Positions 27,105-36,809 of a DNA stretch of 64,000 bases are shown here, piece after piece (position 1 is the stretch's first letter; each line of letters opens with the position of its first letter). A program made the translations under genes and the position numbers. The stretch is taken from positions 224,001 to 288,000 of IMG/VR virus record IMGVR_UViG_3300046522_000316; one strand, 5' to 3'. Source of the DNA: a virus (taxonomy: Duplodnaviria; Caudoviricetes). The notes below the pieces were generated by a model, which did no database searches, had not been told where the DNA came from, and worked only from the letters and a program-made list of their open reading frames with translations.

Positions 27105-27422
27105 TTAGGAATTTGGTCGGTAGTCTTTATCCGGCCAATGTCCACATTCGACCATCGCGTCTGACCACTGATAATGGCAGAAGCTGGTGACGCACGAATC
27201 AAAAACCGAACAGAGTTCATCGAACGTTTCGATTTCATGCGAGCCATAACGCGTGTCGATGAACAGCGTGCCACCTTTCGTGGTGTACGCACTCATGTGA
27301 GACTTTGCGCCAGTATTGAGTTCGTAAGTAAAACGGGATTTTTCTTTGTCGTATCCGAGGGTGATTTCTACGCCGAGTTTAACCAGCTGTTCAACCAACG
27401 GATGGAGGGGTTTCGTCTTCAT
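27105..27422 (-). CDS. hypothetical protein
   Basis: Co-directional ORF. Confidence 0.7.
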   Translation of the reverse strand: MKTKPLHPLVEQLVKLGVEITLGYDKEKSRFTYELNTGAKSHMSAYTTKGGTLFIDTRYGSHEIETFDELCSVFDSCVTSFCHYQWSDAMVECGHWPDKDYRPNS

Positions 27423-27867
27423 GTTCTTTACCTTTACAGTTATCGTCAGGCTCAGATATTTTTGGTCGTTGTGCTTCGAGGTCGCGGATTTTATTCAGCT
27501 TTATGGCCCGCACTCGTTGCGATGTGGTCATCAGGATTTCTTCGACCACACGATTACCCGGCGAATGATATTGAGCGTGCTGTTTACCGTCACGGGTCAA
27601 CGGCACACCGTATTCGCTGAAAACGCCTTTTTGAATTCCGTTCACATCGTGCATGCGCCAACGGATATTTTTGTGATTGATTTTTTCTTGCGTGATCGCC
27701 AACCGAAATGCGTCGAAGGCAATCTCGTTTGCGATGTGGATCGTTTCATGTGCGTCGGGCGCAAAGTAACGCGACGGGAGCGAAAGCGCCTCGCCATCCG
27801 AAAGTGCGTACACTGCGTATTCCGCTTCGTCTAACGATCCGGGCAGGTGCAAGTGGACTGTAATCAC
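27391..27867 (-). CDS. hypothetical protein
   Basis: Co-directional ORF. Confidence 0.65.
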   Translation of the reverse strand: MITVHLHLPGSLDEAEYAVYALSDGEALSLPSRYFAPDAHETIHIANEIAFDAFRLAITQEKINHKNIRWRMHDVNGIQKGVFSEYGVPLTRDGKQHAQYHSPGNRVVEEILMTTSQRVRAIKLNKIRDLEAQRPKISEPDDNCKGKEHEDETPPSVG

Positions 27868-28207
27868 GTTGGATAAACTCCACGTTCAGGAAATATTCCG
27901 CATCGTGTACGTCGTGAAACACCACGCGTTTACTCACAATGCCGTGTTGATAAAAGTCTACGGTGAATTTCCGGCGTTTGCCTTTCACGTGTTCGGAGAC
28001 TCTGATATTTTTCTCTGAATCGCTGATAAAGATTTCGTGCAGGTACTCGCCACGACTCAAGCGATACAGCGAATAAGATGCTTCACGCGGTCGGTCATTG
28101 TGGTGAACAATCCGCGCCACTCGAAGGAATTCTGATTTTCGGAACAGGGGCCACAATCCCCGTTTTTTGTTTTGCTCTGTCGCCGCTGGATGGTGCGTAG
28201 CATGCAC
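27746..28207 (-). CDS. hypothetical protein (boundaries uncertain)
   Basis: Fills 27867-28057 but overlaps both neighbours. Confidence 0.45.
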   Translation of the reverse strand: MHATHHPAATEQNKKRGLWPLFRKSEFLRVARIVHHNDRPREASYSLYRLSRGEYLHEIFISDSEKNIRVSEHVKGKRRKFTVDFYQHGIVSKRVVFHDVHDAEYFLNVEFIQRDYSPLAPARIVRRSGIRSVRTFGWRGAFAPVALLCARRT

Positions 28208-28431
28208 AGCAGATCCTCCTTCTTGGACTCGCTGTAACTTTTTGCAAGTCCTGTATTCAAATTACGCAAAACGAAGCTTTTACGATATTCAATCAGCACG
28301 TAATAAATCGGACGCTGATCCGAGCCGCGTGCCTTGAAAGAAAATTCGAGCGTTCCCTCGCCACGCGATTGCACTACTTTGTACTCAGGCAGTGCAGCGC
28401 GCAAATCCGATACAATTTTCGACCACAACAT
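28057..28431 (-). CDS. hypothetical protein
   Basis: Co-directional ORF. Confidence 0.6.
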   Translation of the reverse strand: MLWSKIVSDLRAALPEYKVVQSRGEGTLEFSFKARGSDQRPIYYVLIEYRKSFVLRNLNTGLAKSYSESKKEDLLCMLRTIQRRQSKTKNGDCGPCSENQNSFEWRGLFTTMTDRVKHLIRCIA

Positions 28432-28459
28432 TTTTCAGAAATCCTTTTCTCAGTTTGGG

Positions 28460-28786
28460 TTAGAGGCTACGCGGAATGCCAGCCGATTCTTCGGCCTGTG
28501 CAATGATTTCCTGCGTCAGGCTACGGATGGCAGTTTTGCGAACGGTGAAACAGAAAACATCGTTCGCGCTGAATTCGCCGTTTGCCAGTTTGTCTTCCAG
28601 CACTTCGGCGCCCCGGCGAATTACTTCCACCAGCGGGTCAGGAATGTAGGTGCCTGCTGCGTCGAACATTTGCAGCGTATTTGCCAGCGCAATATCAGTG
28701 CTGTTCATGCCGCCGCCAGCGCGTGGCCCGGTGACGTTTACTTCTGCCACGTATTGGTCTTCGTAGCGAATGCTTTTATCGTTCAT
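28460..28786 (-). CDS. hypothetical protein
   Basis: Co-directional ORF. Confidence 0.7.
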   Translation of the reverse strand: MNDKSIRYEDQYVAEVNVTGPRAGGGMNSTDIALANTLQMFDAAGTYIPDPLVEVIRRGAEVLEDKLANGEFSANDVFCFTVRKTAIRSLTQEIIAQAEESAGIPRSL

Positions 28787-28793
28787 ACAGACC

Positions 28794-29606
28794 TCAATGA
28801 ATGTGGTGATTAGGGACGTTCAGACGCACCACAGTACGCGTGCAATCGCGCAGCACTGGTAACGACTCATGCACGAACGTAACGTTGCCTGCGTAGGCCG
28901 TGTGGGCGTCTAGAATGACTTCCTGCATATGGCTGAAATCCAGATGCGAAACATCGCCACCGGGCAACACCAAACCTTCCCATTCGCCAAGCAACGCACG
29001 ACTGGCCGAAATGTCAGAAGCCAAAATAATCGCTTCCGGTCTATCGTTCAAATCGAACTCCCAACTACTACCCGGAACATCCCATTGGTCGCTCGCCTTT
29101 TTCGTCGGGTTGCGAGTGTCGTAGTTTTTGCGTGGCGTTTTGTGCGGCTTGCCAAGATCGCCACGTTCTTTTTTGCGGGTTTCTTCCTCACGCTTGCGGC
29201 GCTGATATTCCTCTTCGGAAATATAACCGTGCCCATCGCGACGACGACCAACATCGGAATGACTTCCACGTGGGGCATGACGACCACTAGGCATACCGCC
29301 GTGTGCAGAAATTGCGTTCCACGGTTTTTGTCCATCGTTCCACGCGCCCGCAGGATTCCAATAACCATCAACATGCAGGCCGGGGCGACGATGCGTTGTG
29401 GTGGCCGCAACAAACTTCTGATCAACCATCAAATAAATCGGGCCGTCAGTATCCACGCCGACCAACATTTGATCGACGGTTTGTTGCCAGCGTTTCAGGT
29501 CTTCAGGCAGACCAGTTTCCAAACGAAATTCACGCATGTAAATTCGTTCTGCTGTGTACGCCGGAAAATCAACCGGGCCAACTTTCTGCATAACCGACTG
29601 CAACAT
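28794..29606 (-). CDS. 2OG-Fe(II) oxygenase-like protein with low-complexity insertion
   Basis: RRPGLHVDG (HxD) ... VHESLPV ... RTVVRL (distal His, Arg). Confidence 0.7.
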   Translation of the reverse strand: MLQSVMQKVGPVDFPAYTAERIYMREFRLETGLPEDLKRWQQTVDQMLVGVDTDGPIYLMVDQKFVAATTTHRRPGLHVDGYWNPAGAWNDGQKPWNAISAHGGMPSGRHAPRGSHSDVGRRRDGHGYISEEEYQRRKREEETRKKERGDLGKPHKTPRKNYDTRNPTKKASDQWDVPGSSWEFDLNDRPEAIILASDISASRALLGEWEGLVLPGGDVSHLDFSHMQEVILDAHTAYAGNVTFVHESLPVLRDCTRTVVRLNVPNHHIH

Positions 29607-29929
29607 TATTTCTTCCTCGACTGCTTACGCATTTTCTTTTTCACTTTACGCGCTGCACGTTTGATGGCCGCAAACGGTTGACCGTGGCCGCTGGTACGCA
29701 CGCCGTCAGAACGCCCGCCTGAATAGCTCAGGCCACCGAACGGCAAATGGGTACGTGGTTCCGTGTCTTCGGTGCGTGGTGGCGTCGGGTGCATTGCAGC
29801 AGCCGTTGCCATTGCCATAGCCAGCATACGCAAATGACCACTACGCCCGCCGCTGGTTGTGGTGCGGATAATTTCGATGCCGTCCGGATACTTTTGGACA
29901 GGCACGTCGCCTTGAATTTCATTTTGCAT
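29606..29929 (-). CDS. hypothetical protein
   Basis: TAATG overlap; basic tail. Confidence 0.6.
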   Translation of the reverse strand: MQNEIQGDVPVQKYPDGIEIIRTTTSGGRSGHLRMLAMAMATAAAMHPTPPRTEDTEPRTHLPFGGLSYSGGRSDGVRTSGHGQPFAAIKRAARKVKKKMRKQSRKK

Positions 29930-30346
29930 TTAGCGAATTCCGACAGAAGTTTGAGAAACAATCACGGTGTAGGTGCGCGTAGACTGATCCGCCATCAGGG
30001 CCTTGGCTTGTTCGTTCGCAATTACTTCGTCGCGGTAATGAATTGCACGACTGCCGACTTTCGTGGTGCCTACAGAATCCAGCGCAATCACCGCCACATA
30101 TTCCATGGAACGGTTTTCGCGGATCATGTAGAGAAATTCGGTGCCCGGTTGAAGTTCGCCGCGTTCAACAGCTTCGAAGCCGGGACTAGCTGGCGCAGCC
30201 GTCCACACCTTCGCAAAAGCTTCTGCGGTTTCTTTGTTGGGAAAGCTCAACGCCTCCTGATCAAGTGTTACCATAAGCACTTTGCCATCGGGGCAAATCA
30301 TGCCGACAAAACCACCAGATTTTTTATTGCGAATTACGAATCCCAT
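29930..30346 (-). CDS. hypothetical protein
   Basis: Co-directional ORF. Confidence 0.7.
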   Translation of the reverse strand: MGFVIRNKKSGGFVGMICPDGKVLMVTLDQEALSFPNKETAEAFAKVWTAAPASPGFEAVERGELQPGTEFLYMIRENRSMEYVAVIALDSVGTTKVGSRAIHYRDEVIANEQAKALMADQSTRTYTVIVSQTSVGIR

Positions 30347-30990
30347 TATTTCCGTTTCCCTTCTGCGTCAAACATTACGACTGCAACCACGCCGTAGCGC
30401 GTCGATTGCGGGCCGCGTAAAGAATCGCGAACCTCTTCGGCCAGTTTCCGGCCCGTGGTCAGCATTGCTTTTTGAATGTCGGTGCTGGTGCGAATATCGG
30501 GGCCAACCAACGCCGTGATGTAACGGTTCGTGTGGTTGTCGCTGATCGCGTAAACGTTAATGTCTTCCGTCGGCGGCACGTCCACATTAATTGGCGTGAT
30601 GTGCTTCCAGAAAATGTATTCCAGCGCGTCGGTTGAGGCCACACGAATATAGCCATTGCGCGGCAAAGATTCTTGCAGGATTGGCGAATGCACTTGATCG
30701 ACAAACACCGCGTGATAACCGAGGACAGTTGCGCGATTCTCCAGCCACGAAAGCAGCGTGCGGAAAAACCCCTGATTACGCAATCTTTCTGCAACGTCAA
30801 TCGACGCCACGGATATTGCAGGAATGAACATACGGCCTTCAGGCTCCAGACGACGCCCGGCGCGCAGGTAAATTCGGAACTGCGAACATTTAAATTCTTC
30901 CGAACGTGGAATTTGTGAATCGACTTGCGCAGCTAGCCAATCCGCGATTGCGTCCATGGCGGGGCCAGCATTATCTTTTTTCGCTTTCAT
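30346..30990 (-). CDS. GNAT-family acetyltransferase-like protein with extra C-terminal domain
   Basis: VASIDVAERLRNQGFFRTLL motif A; LPRNGY motif B. Confidence 0.7.
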   Translation of the reverse strand: MKAKKDNAGPAMDAIADWLAAQVDSQIPRSEEFKCSQFRIYLRAGRRLEPEGRMFIPAISVASIDVAERLRNQGFFRTLLSWLENRATVLGYHAVFVDQVHSPILQESLPRNGYIRVASTDALEYIFWKHITPINVDVPPTEDINVYAISDNHTNRYITALVGPDIRTSTDIQKAMLTTGRKLAEEVRDSLRGPQSTRYGVVAVVMFDAEGKRK

Positions 30991-31547
30991 AACTTACCTG
31001 CCTTTTTCGCGGCCAAGAATTGTTTTCGGAATGCCTGTTTACGGCGCGTCTGGATAATTCGAATTGCTCGCCAGCGATCAATAAAAAGCTCGCCGGTCTT
31101 TTCGCGGATTTCCCGCGATGCTCGTTGTATTTCCACTTCGCCAAAAGTATTGTCCGGCACATAAATAAAATGCCGTTCGAAGAAATCCAAGGAACCCGGA
31201 TAACCCTGCTCGCCCTGAATAACCCGGTTGCCGAAGTTCTCCAGTTCACGCAGTCGTTTCAGCATGGCAGTAGCAACGCCCTTACGGCGCTTTGTAGGCG
31301 TCACGTAGAACTGCACATAGCAGCGCTTAGGTTCGAACAGAATGCAGCCCACAGGCCAGCTTAGTTTCGGCCCGCCCCATGCAACGATGATCATCACTTC
31401 CCGGCGCCAATCTTTGCCGGTGCGTGCGACACGTTCCCATGAATCTTGCAGATGGCCGCTTTCCTCGAACATGCGTTCCCTGCTCATGATTCCGGCGATT
31501 TCTTTTAACGCAGTTTCACCAGTGTACGAATGACAAGCCAATTTCAT
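30987..31547 (-). CDS. GNAT-family N-acetyltransferase
   Basis: VQFYVTPTKRRKGVATAML motif A; GSLDFFERH motif B. Confidence 0.85.
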   Translation of the reverse strand: MKLACHSYTGETALKEIAGIMSRERMFEESGHLQDSWERVARTGKDWRREVMIIVAWGGPKLSWPVGCILFEPKRCYVQFYVTPTKRRKGVATAMLKRLRELENFGNRVIQGEQGYPGSLDFFERHFIYVPDNTFGEVEIQRASREIREKTGELFIDRWRAIRIIQTRRKQAFRKQFLAAKKAGKL

Positions 31548-31719
31548 TTGCGGCCCTTACGCTGCGCACGCAACGCTGCACGTTTCTTTTTGGAAGGCAC
31601 GCACACTTTGCGTGGGTCTTCTTTCCGGTCTTTCGGATTGCTACGCAGGATCGGCCCCAGTTGTGTACCGAGGCGAATGCTGCGCGCAATCATGTCATCA
31701 ACGAAATATCGGTCAGGCA

Positions 31720-32127
31720 TCATTTCTTCTTAGCCCGTGCTTGTTTGCGCGCTTTCTTTTCGAGTTTACGCTTGGCTTTCTTTTTCTTCGCCGCTGCAAT
31801 TTCGTGCGGCCAGATCGGTTCCGGGGCGCGACTCAAATAACCAGAATGAGGTTTGCCCGGCGTGAGAAACAGCGTACCGGTATTTCCAGTCAGCCGGTCG
31901 AACACAGTCGGGTTTTCGTTGCGGTCACTCATTAGCGCATTGCGCAATCCTTGATCCATCATTGCTGTGCCCTCGCTGGCGATTCGTTCGATACAGGAAT
32001 CGGGTGCGTAATCATGTACACGTATGGCATGCGGTATTGTTTGCCGTGCGTGCGGATCGAAACTTGATTCGGTAAAAGGCTGCTGACAAAACCCTGACGA
32101 ATATTCATACCGAAAACACTTTTGCAC
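31720..32127 (-). CDS. hypothetical basic protein (true start probably MMDQG near 31962)
   Basis: Lys-rich tail; overlap resolves with the later start. Confidence 0.5.
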   Translation of the reverse strand: MQKCFRYEYSSGFCQQPFTESSFDPHARQTIPHAIRVHDYAPDSCIERIASEGTAMMDQGLRNALMSDRNENPTVFDRLTGNTGTLFLTPGKPHSGYLSRAPEPIWPHEIAAAKKKKAKRKLEKKARKQARAKKK

Positions 32128-32690
32128 GAACGCCCGTTAATGATGATCGCCAGTTCTACGGGATCGCCAATATGCAGTTCGTTGTCGATTTCTGTCGAGT
32201 AGTGCGGTTGCCGACTGAGAATCGAAAACATCAATTTCAGGAACGTGGCGTTCGGACTGAAATAAATATCGTTCTGTACGTCGTGCCACATGCACAGCGA
32301 ACGGTGTTCTTCCATTGGCCGGGTAAGCGACGTTTTACCGTCGAACACATCCTGAAGCCCGGCGCTAATTCCTTCAGGGCCACCGAGGCGTTCGAGCCTG
32401 TCGGTCGCTACAAGCGCGTACAGGCGTTTTCCCTGTACGAACAGCGTTTGATATTCGGGTTGCTCGCCCACTTGCGACAGGCGCGTTTGTGGACGGCAGG
32501 AAAGGATAACGAGCGAGTAAGGAACACCCTCAAGCAGTTCACGGCGCACGCGGTATTCGCTTTGTGGATATGCGCCGAAAAACTCCGGTGCCGCCATATC
32601 CTCATAGCTGACAATTTCCTCGACGCTTTGACCGCGATGGAGTTCGGAGTAACGGAAGCCAACACGATGCAGCAATTTAGGTTTGTACAT
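31959..32690 (-). CDS. hypothetical protein
   Basis: SD AAGGA upstream. Confidence 0.7.
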   Translation of the reverse strand: MYKPKLLHRVGFRYSELHRGQSVEEIVSYEDMAAPEFFGAYPQSEYRVRRELLEGVPYSLVILSCRPQTRLSQVGEQPEYQTLFVQGKRLYALVATDRLERLGGPEGISAGLQDVFDGKTSLTRPMEEHRSLCMWHDVQNDIYFSPNATFLKLMFSILSRQPHYSTEIDNELHIGDPVELAIIINGRSCKSVFGMNIRQGFVSSLLPNQVSIRTHGKQYRMPYVYMITHPIPVSNESPARAQQ

Positions 32691-32724
32691 TTTTGTATTC
32701 CTTGTTCAAGGGCCGGGGTTTTAT

Positions 32725-33111
32725 TTATTCGTCGTCAAGAAAACTTAGATCGTCGTCCGAATCTTTTTGTTGCGGTGGTTCTTTCCCCTCGACGAATTTG
32801 CCGAGGATTACATGGTTGCGTACACCCTTCCACTTGTGACCGTTGGGCGTAGTGATTACATCGTTCGGGCCGAAGCCTGTCAGATTCCACCACGCGCCAA
32901 AGAAATAGCGGAAACGGAAAACGTAAGGCTTGCCGTCAGCGATCCCGACTTTCTTTTTGAAGAACTGGAAATCAATTGCACGACCGAAGCCGTAAATAAT
33001 TTCCAGCAGAATGCCAGACAGGAACCACAGCAGCGCGCCGGTTACGATTGCACCACAAAGCAGCAGCCACCAATGTTGAATAAAATGATTCGACAAATAG
33101 TCATTCAGCAT
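32725..33111 (-). CDS. membrane-anchored protein
   Basis: N-terminal TM helix; acidic tail. Confidence 0.7.
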   Translation of the reverse strand: MLNDYLSNHFIQHWWLLLCGAIVTGALLWFLSGILLEIIYGFGRAIDFQFFKKKVGIADGKPYVFRFRYFFGAWWNLTGFGPNDVITTPNGHKWKGVRNHVILGKFVEGKEPPQQKDSDDDLSFLDDE

Positions 33112-33451
33112 TTTGTTCTGGCCTCACTTTGTATTCGGTCAGTTTGACGATGGCACTGCCACGCGGGCCGCTGCGTTGGTTGTTCAATTCCTGCTGAATA
33201 ATTGCAGCAGCATCAAACGACGGATCGGAATGCTTGATGTAGCCCATGAAACGCTCGACGGCTACAGGCGGAACCGAACCGTGATAATCCACCGCATTGA
33301 CCGCACGATAAATTTCGTCAACGGTGCGATTCAAATGCAGGTTCCACAACGTGAGCCTGCGTTCCGCCAGATAAAGGCGCCACATGAAAATCGCACATGC
33401 CACGGCCATCAGCACAAGGCACGTATACGGACTGTACATTACTGTTTCCAT
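33101..33451 (-). CDS. membrane-anchored protein
   Basis: N-terminal TM helix; SD AGGGA. Confidence 0.7.
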   Translation of the reverse strand: METVMYSPYTCLVLMAVACAIFMWRLYLAERRLTLWNLHLNRTVDEIYRAVNAVDYHGSVPPVAVERFMGYIKHSDPSFDAAAIIQQELNNQRSGPRGSAIVKLTEYKVRPEQNAE

Positions 33452-33465
33452 CTTTCATTGTCCCT

Positions 33466-33497
33466 AAAGTAAATGGGCCACTCGAAAAGAATGACCC
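33466..33497 (-). terminator. hairpin / probable terminator
   Basis: GGGUCAUUC-UUUUC-GAGUGGCCC followed by AUUUACUUU. Confidence 0.65.
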
Positions 33498-33505
33498 TTG
33501 CGGAA

Positions 33506-34513
33506 TTAGCTCAAAGCTTCGTCGTTATTTTTTGTCAGACGACGTTTTGCTGCAATGGATACGACCGGCATACCAGCACCGCCCATCAGAACGTGACGCA
33601 TATTGCAGTTGGTGGTTACAGTCAGGCCCAACGTGTCACGCAAATATGCAATCAGGTACTCAACCTTACGATCTTGGCGCACCATGTTTTCCAAATTGCG
33701 TTCGACGAAATCACGGGTCACGCCCATGATGCTTACAGCGTCGTCATCATCGGACTGATCCAGACGAATATGGCAACCTGTTTCATTACGGACGAATCTT
33801 TCGAATTCCAGAACCGTGGTTTCGTAGCAAGGTTCGAAAGAATCCGGCTGTTCTTTTTCCTGTTCGAGCTTGCGATATTTCACCCGGTCGTAATCCGGGG
33901 CGCAGGCGTATTCGTGTTCGTCGAAACAAACCTTTACACCCTGCTCAGGAATGCAACGCGCTGTAAATGCCAGCATATCCAGAAGGTCGTTTTCCTCTTC
34001 TGTTTCATCCGCCAAATTAATCATGGCGCCAGCGAACCACAACAGACTGCCACGCAGGACAATCGTTTTCTTCGAACTGGATTTGCGCAGGATTTGGATT
34101 TTGAAGCCGGTCGCTTCGAACACCAGACTTTCGATTACGACGATTTGCTGAATCGAATGATCGTCAACTTTCAATTCCGCCAAACTGCGCTGGTCGCTAC
34201 GGCTGATTTTCTCAGCAGCCGTTTTTGCAAAATCCGGAATGTCGCGTTTCTCTTCCAGCCACAAACCAACTTGGCGCAGGCGTTCGATTTGCTGCAACCA
34301 AATGCCTTGTGCGTCTTCGTCGCAGTTGTCCATATCGACGCCTTTAGCATCGTACAGCGCGCCGTCGTTGGTTGTGTTTCGTATCGCTTCCGCAAAATGC
34401 GAAGGCCCCAAGGATTCGATCACGTTACCTACTACGTTCTCGGCCAGTTCCATAGTCTTACGTCCCATGCTCAAACTTCCTCTAATGCGTGAGTGCTTTT
34501 GTTTCGGGCACAC
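33506..34513 (-). CDS. hypothetical protein (start probably MGRKTM)
   Basis: Long co-directional ORF. Confidence 0.75.
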   Translation of the reverse strand: MCPKQKHSRIRGSLSMGRKTMELAENVVGNVIESLGPSHFAEAIRNTTNDGALYDAKGVDMDNCDEDAQGIWLQQIERLRQVGLWLEEKRDIPDFAKTAAEKISRSDQRSLAELKVDDHSIQQIVVIESLVFEATGFKIQILRKSSSKKTIVLRGSLLWFAGAMINLADETEEENDLLDMLAFTARCIPEQGVKVCFDEHEYACAPDYDRVKYRKLEQEKEQPDSFEPCYETTVLEFERFVRNETGCHIRLDQSDDDDAVSIMGVTRDFVERNLENMVRQDRKVEYLIAYLRDTLGLTVTTNCNMRHVLMGGAGMPVVSIAAKRRLTKNNDEALS

Positions 34514-34570
34514 AATGGGCCAGCCGCCACATTACCATTCGTCGGCCCACGGGTCAAGGTCAGGCAGGCC

Positions 34571-34867
34571 CTAGAGCGCGTAGCACTGCCGAACGGCGGG
34601 CACCGGGCCATCGGTGGTTACACGGACGGTTGCGCCCTTCTTGTCGTAGTACCGGGTAACGCTGTTGCCTGCCTTCGCCAGTTCAATCAACGCAAGGCGC
34701 AAACCGTTTGCCCAAATGCTTAACGACCAACCGCATTCGATTTCAACAACCGAGGAAATATAACCGCGCTGCTTTGCCAAATTCTGCGCGTTACGAATCT
34801 GGTTGAAAATAATGTCTACGTCTTGTTTCGTCTGCCGTGACTTTGGCGGCATCTTCACTTTTGCCAT
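34571..34867 (-). CDS. hypothetical protein
   Basis: SD GAGGA upstream. Confidence 0.7.
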   Translation of the reverse strand: MAKVKMPPKSRQTKQDVDIIFNQIRNAQNLAKQRGYISSVVEIECGWSLSIWANGLRLALIELAKAGNSVTRYYDKKGATVRVTTDGPVPAVRQCYAL

Positions 34868-35270
34868 CTTTCACTTCCTCCTGCGCTTCCAGCTTGCGCA
34901 TGAACAGAATTAAATCGGCGGGGATATTGTCCGCAGCGTGGAATGGGTAATCTTTAAAAGCCTCCCCCAGCCAACTCATGCTAACACATTGACCGTCACC
35001 AATTACTTCAATTACGGAACCGACGATGCGATCACGACTTTGAATCAGGATCGCAATATCTCCGCTACTGCCCATAACCAAACTCGGGCGATTTACATCA
35101 CGGTCGCGAAGGTACTGCAAAACCTGCAATGCCTCGGCAACCGTTTTGCGATTTGCGGCCCGGCCTTCACCATCACACCAACCCGGTTCCGAGGTCAGAA
35201 ATAATTCCAGACGCTCGAACTGGTATTCACTTAGCGAAAAAGTCCGGGGTCTTGAGAGTTTCGATTTCAT
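34791..35270 (-). CDS. hypothetical protein
   Basis: Co-directional ORF. Confidence 0.6.
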   Translation of the reverse strand: MKSKLSRPRTFSLSEYQFERLELFLTSEPGWCDGEGRAANRKTVAEALQVLQYLRDRDVNRPSLVMGSSGDIAILIQSRDRIVGSVIEVIGDGQCVSMSWLGEAFKDYPFHAADNIPADLILFMRKLEAQEEVKDGKSEDAAKVTADETRRRHYFQPDS

Positions 35271-35538
35271 CTTGCAGTTCCCGAATGTAGGCGTTCTTTT
35301 CCGTCAGCAGGTTCTGCAATTGCAAAGCGTGCTGGCGCTGGCGGGCGTAACGTTCTTTCCACACACGCACCATGCGCACATAGCGATTGTTCAGCGCGTC
35401 CCAAATAACGTCTTCGAGGAATTGTTCGGATTTGATCGCGTACTGCGTTAGGAATTTCAGCGAGATTTTGCGGCCTTTGTAAACGCGGCCAGTGGTCAGC
35501 GGTTTGTTGGCGTCCGGGTGGTTGTTGTAATCGGTCAT
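35227..35538 (-). CDS. hypothetical protein
   Basis: Coiled-coil C-terminus. Confidence 0.65.
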   Translation of the reverse strand: MTDYNNHPDANKPLTTGRVYKGRKISLKFLTQYAIKSEQFLEDVIWDALNNRYVRMVRVWKERYARQRQHALQLQNLLTEKNAYIRELQDEIETLKTPDFFAK

Positions 35539-36302
35539 ACTGTTCGACTCATGATATCGTGGAAAGCCACGTTGAGAAATTCGCGGTGTTCGTCCTGTTT
35601 GTGTTCTACCAGTTTCGGATAGTCCGCTTGGTACAGGACGTTTTTGCGAAATTCAGCGTAGGAATTTTCTTCGTCGGTTGGCTGCTCTGCCATGGCCCAA
35701 TCAAACAGACGCAGAATGTCCGGCTGCATAGAATGCTCAGCCAGTTGCAATTTGCGGTACTGGTCGATATTCACACGCGGCAACAAATTACTGCGACCGG
35801 TCGAATAATCCAACAGCTGCAAACCAACGAACAAATAACGGAATGTTTGGCGACGACGTTTCGCTTCGTCTTCGTGCTTCACGCTGCTCATGCTGCCGAC
35901 AGTAGACCGGAACATTTCACGCGGATCGAAACAGGCTTCGCTTACACGGCGGAAAGTGTCGCGGGTAAGCTCGTTGCCGAAATAAACGAACGGCGAATAA
36001 ACAGCTTCGTGCCCGACCAGCACAGACTTTTGCAACTTGCGCAGAAACTTCGCAACGCTGAAAACACGCACGTCGCATTCTTTGCCTTTGAACATGATTT
36101 TCTGCGTGAACGATTCACGCGGGTAGCGGTAGATATCGTATTGAACATCGTGCGCCACCACAGTGAAATCGTGGTCGGAATTTTCGGTGTCGGTGCCCCA
36201 CGCTTTGCTGCCAGTTTCAGCAACAAAAACCAGACGCAAACCGAGGTCACGCAACGTACTTAAAAGTTCGAAGCGTTCATCAGAAGTTAACATGCGTTCC
36301 AT
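35535..36302 (-). CDS. Pol-beta-superfamily nucleotidyltransferase (YcgL/PF10127-like)
   Basis: LVFVAETGSKAWGTDTENSDHDF resembles ESGSRAWG...DSD.D; downstream D.RVF...KF..L.KS...E..YSP. Confidence 0.85.
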   Translation of the reverse strand: MERMLTSDERFELLSTLRDLGLRLVFVAETGSKAWGTDTENSDHDFTVVAHDVQYDIYRYPRESFTQKIMFKGKECDVRVFSVAKFLRKLQKSVLVGHEAVYSPFVYFGNELTRDTFRRVSEACFDPREMFRSTVGSMSSVKHEDEAKRRRQTFRYLFVGLQLLDYSTGRSNLLPRVNIDQYRKLQLAEHSMQPDILRLFDWAMAEQPTDEENSYAEFRKNVLYQADYPKLVEHKQDEHREFLNVAFHDIMSRTV

Positions 36303-36809
36303 TTAATCCTCTTTCGGCTTCGCGGCGGTCAGCGTGAGTTTCGGATACGCCTCATGCAAAGCGATGTATGCCGTTTCGTGTTGCTCTTTGTTGACGCGGG
36401 CACCAAAGCGATTTTTGATGCTGGTCAGATTCCCGGCGTCGTCTTTGATGAAAATGGATTCAGCCGGTTCCTGATAAGCTTTCGGCAAATTGTCGCAAAT
36501 CACTTTCAGGCATACCCAACCGTTTACCTTGAATGCACTTTTCGCCAGATGCGCGATGTACTGGTCGATTTGTGCCTGCGTGATAATTACAGCCGGTGCA
36601 GATTTCGCAGCCTGCTCCGCAATCACTTTCAGACAGGCCGGAACCGGATACAGCAGAACAAAAGTATTCATCACAATTACCTCTTCAAACTTTCGATATG
36701 GTTCATCGACGACGACCCAGCCGAACCACCGTTTGGAAATGGTGGCCGTGCCTCCCGCCGCGTTGTTACGTTGCATTTCACGCACGGCACTACTGTAGGA
36801 GAAAAACAT
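36303..36809 (-). CDS. hypothetical protein
   Basis: Co-directional ORF. Confidence 0.65.
   Translation of the reverse strand: MFFSYSSAVREMQRNNAAGGTATISKRWFGWVVVDEPYRKFEEVIVMNTFVLLYPVPACLKVIAEQAAKSAPAVIITQAQIDQYIAHLAKSAFKVNGWVCLKVICDNLPKAYQEPAESIFIKDDAGNLTSIKNRFGARVNKEQHETAYIALHEAYPKLTLTAAKPKED

Noticed and set aside
31548-31719. Small ORF in the gap between genes
   Set aside because: Two competing frames (MPDRYF..., or a TTG-start basic peptide ending KKKRAALRAQRKGRK); I cannot choose between them.
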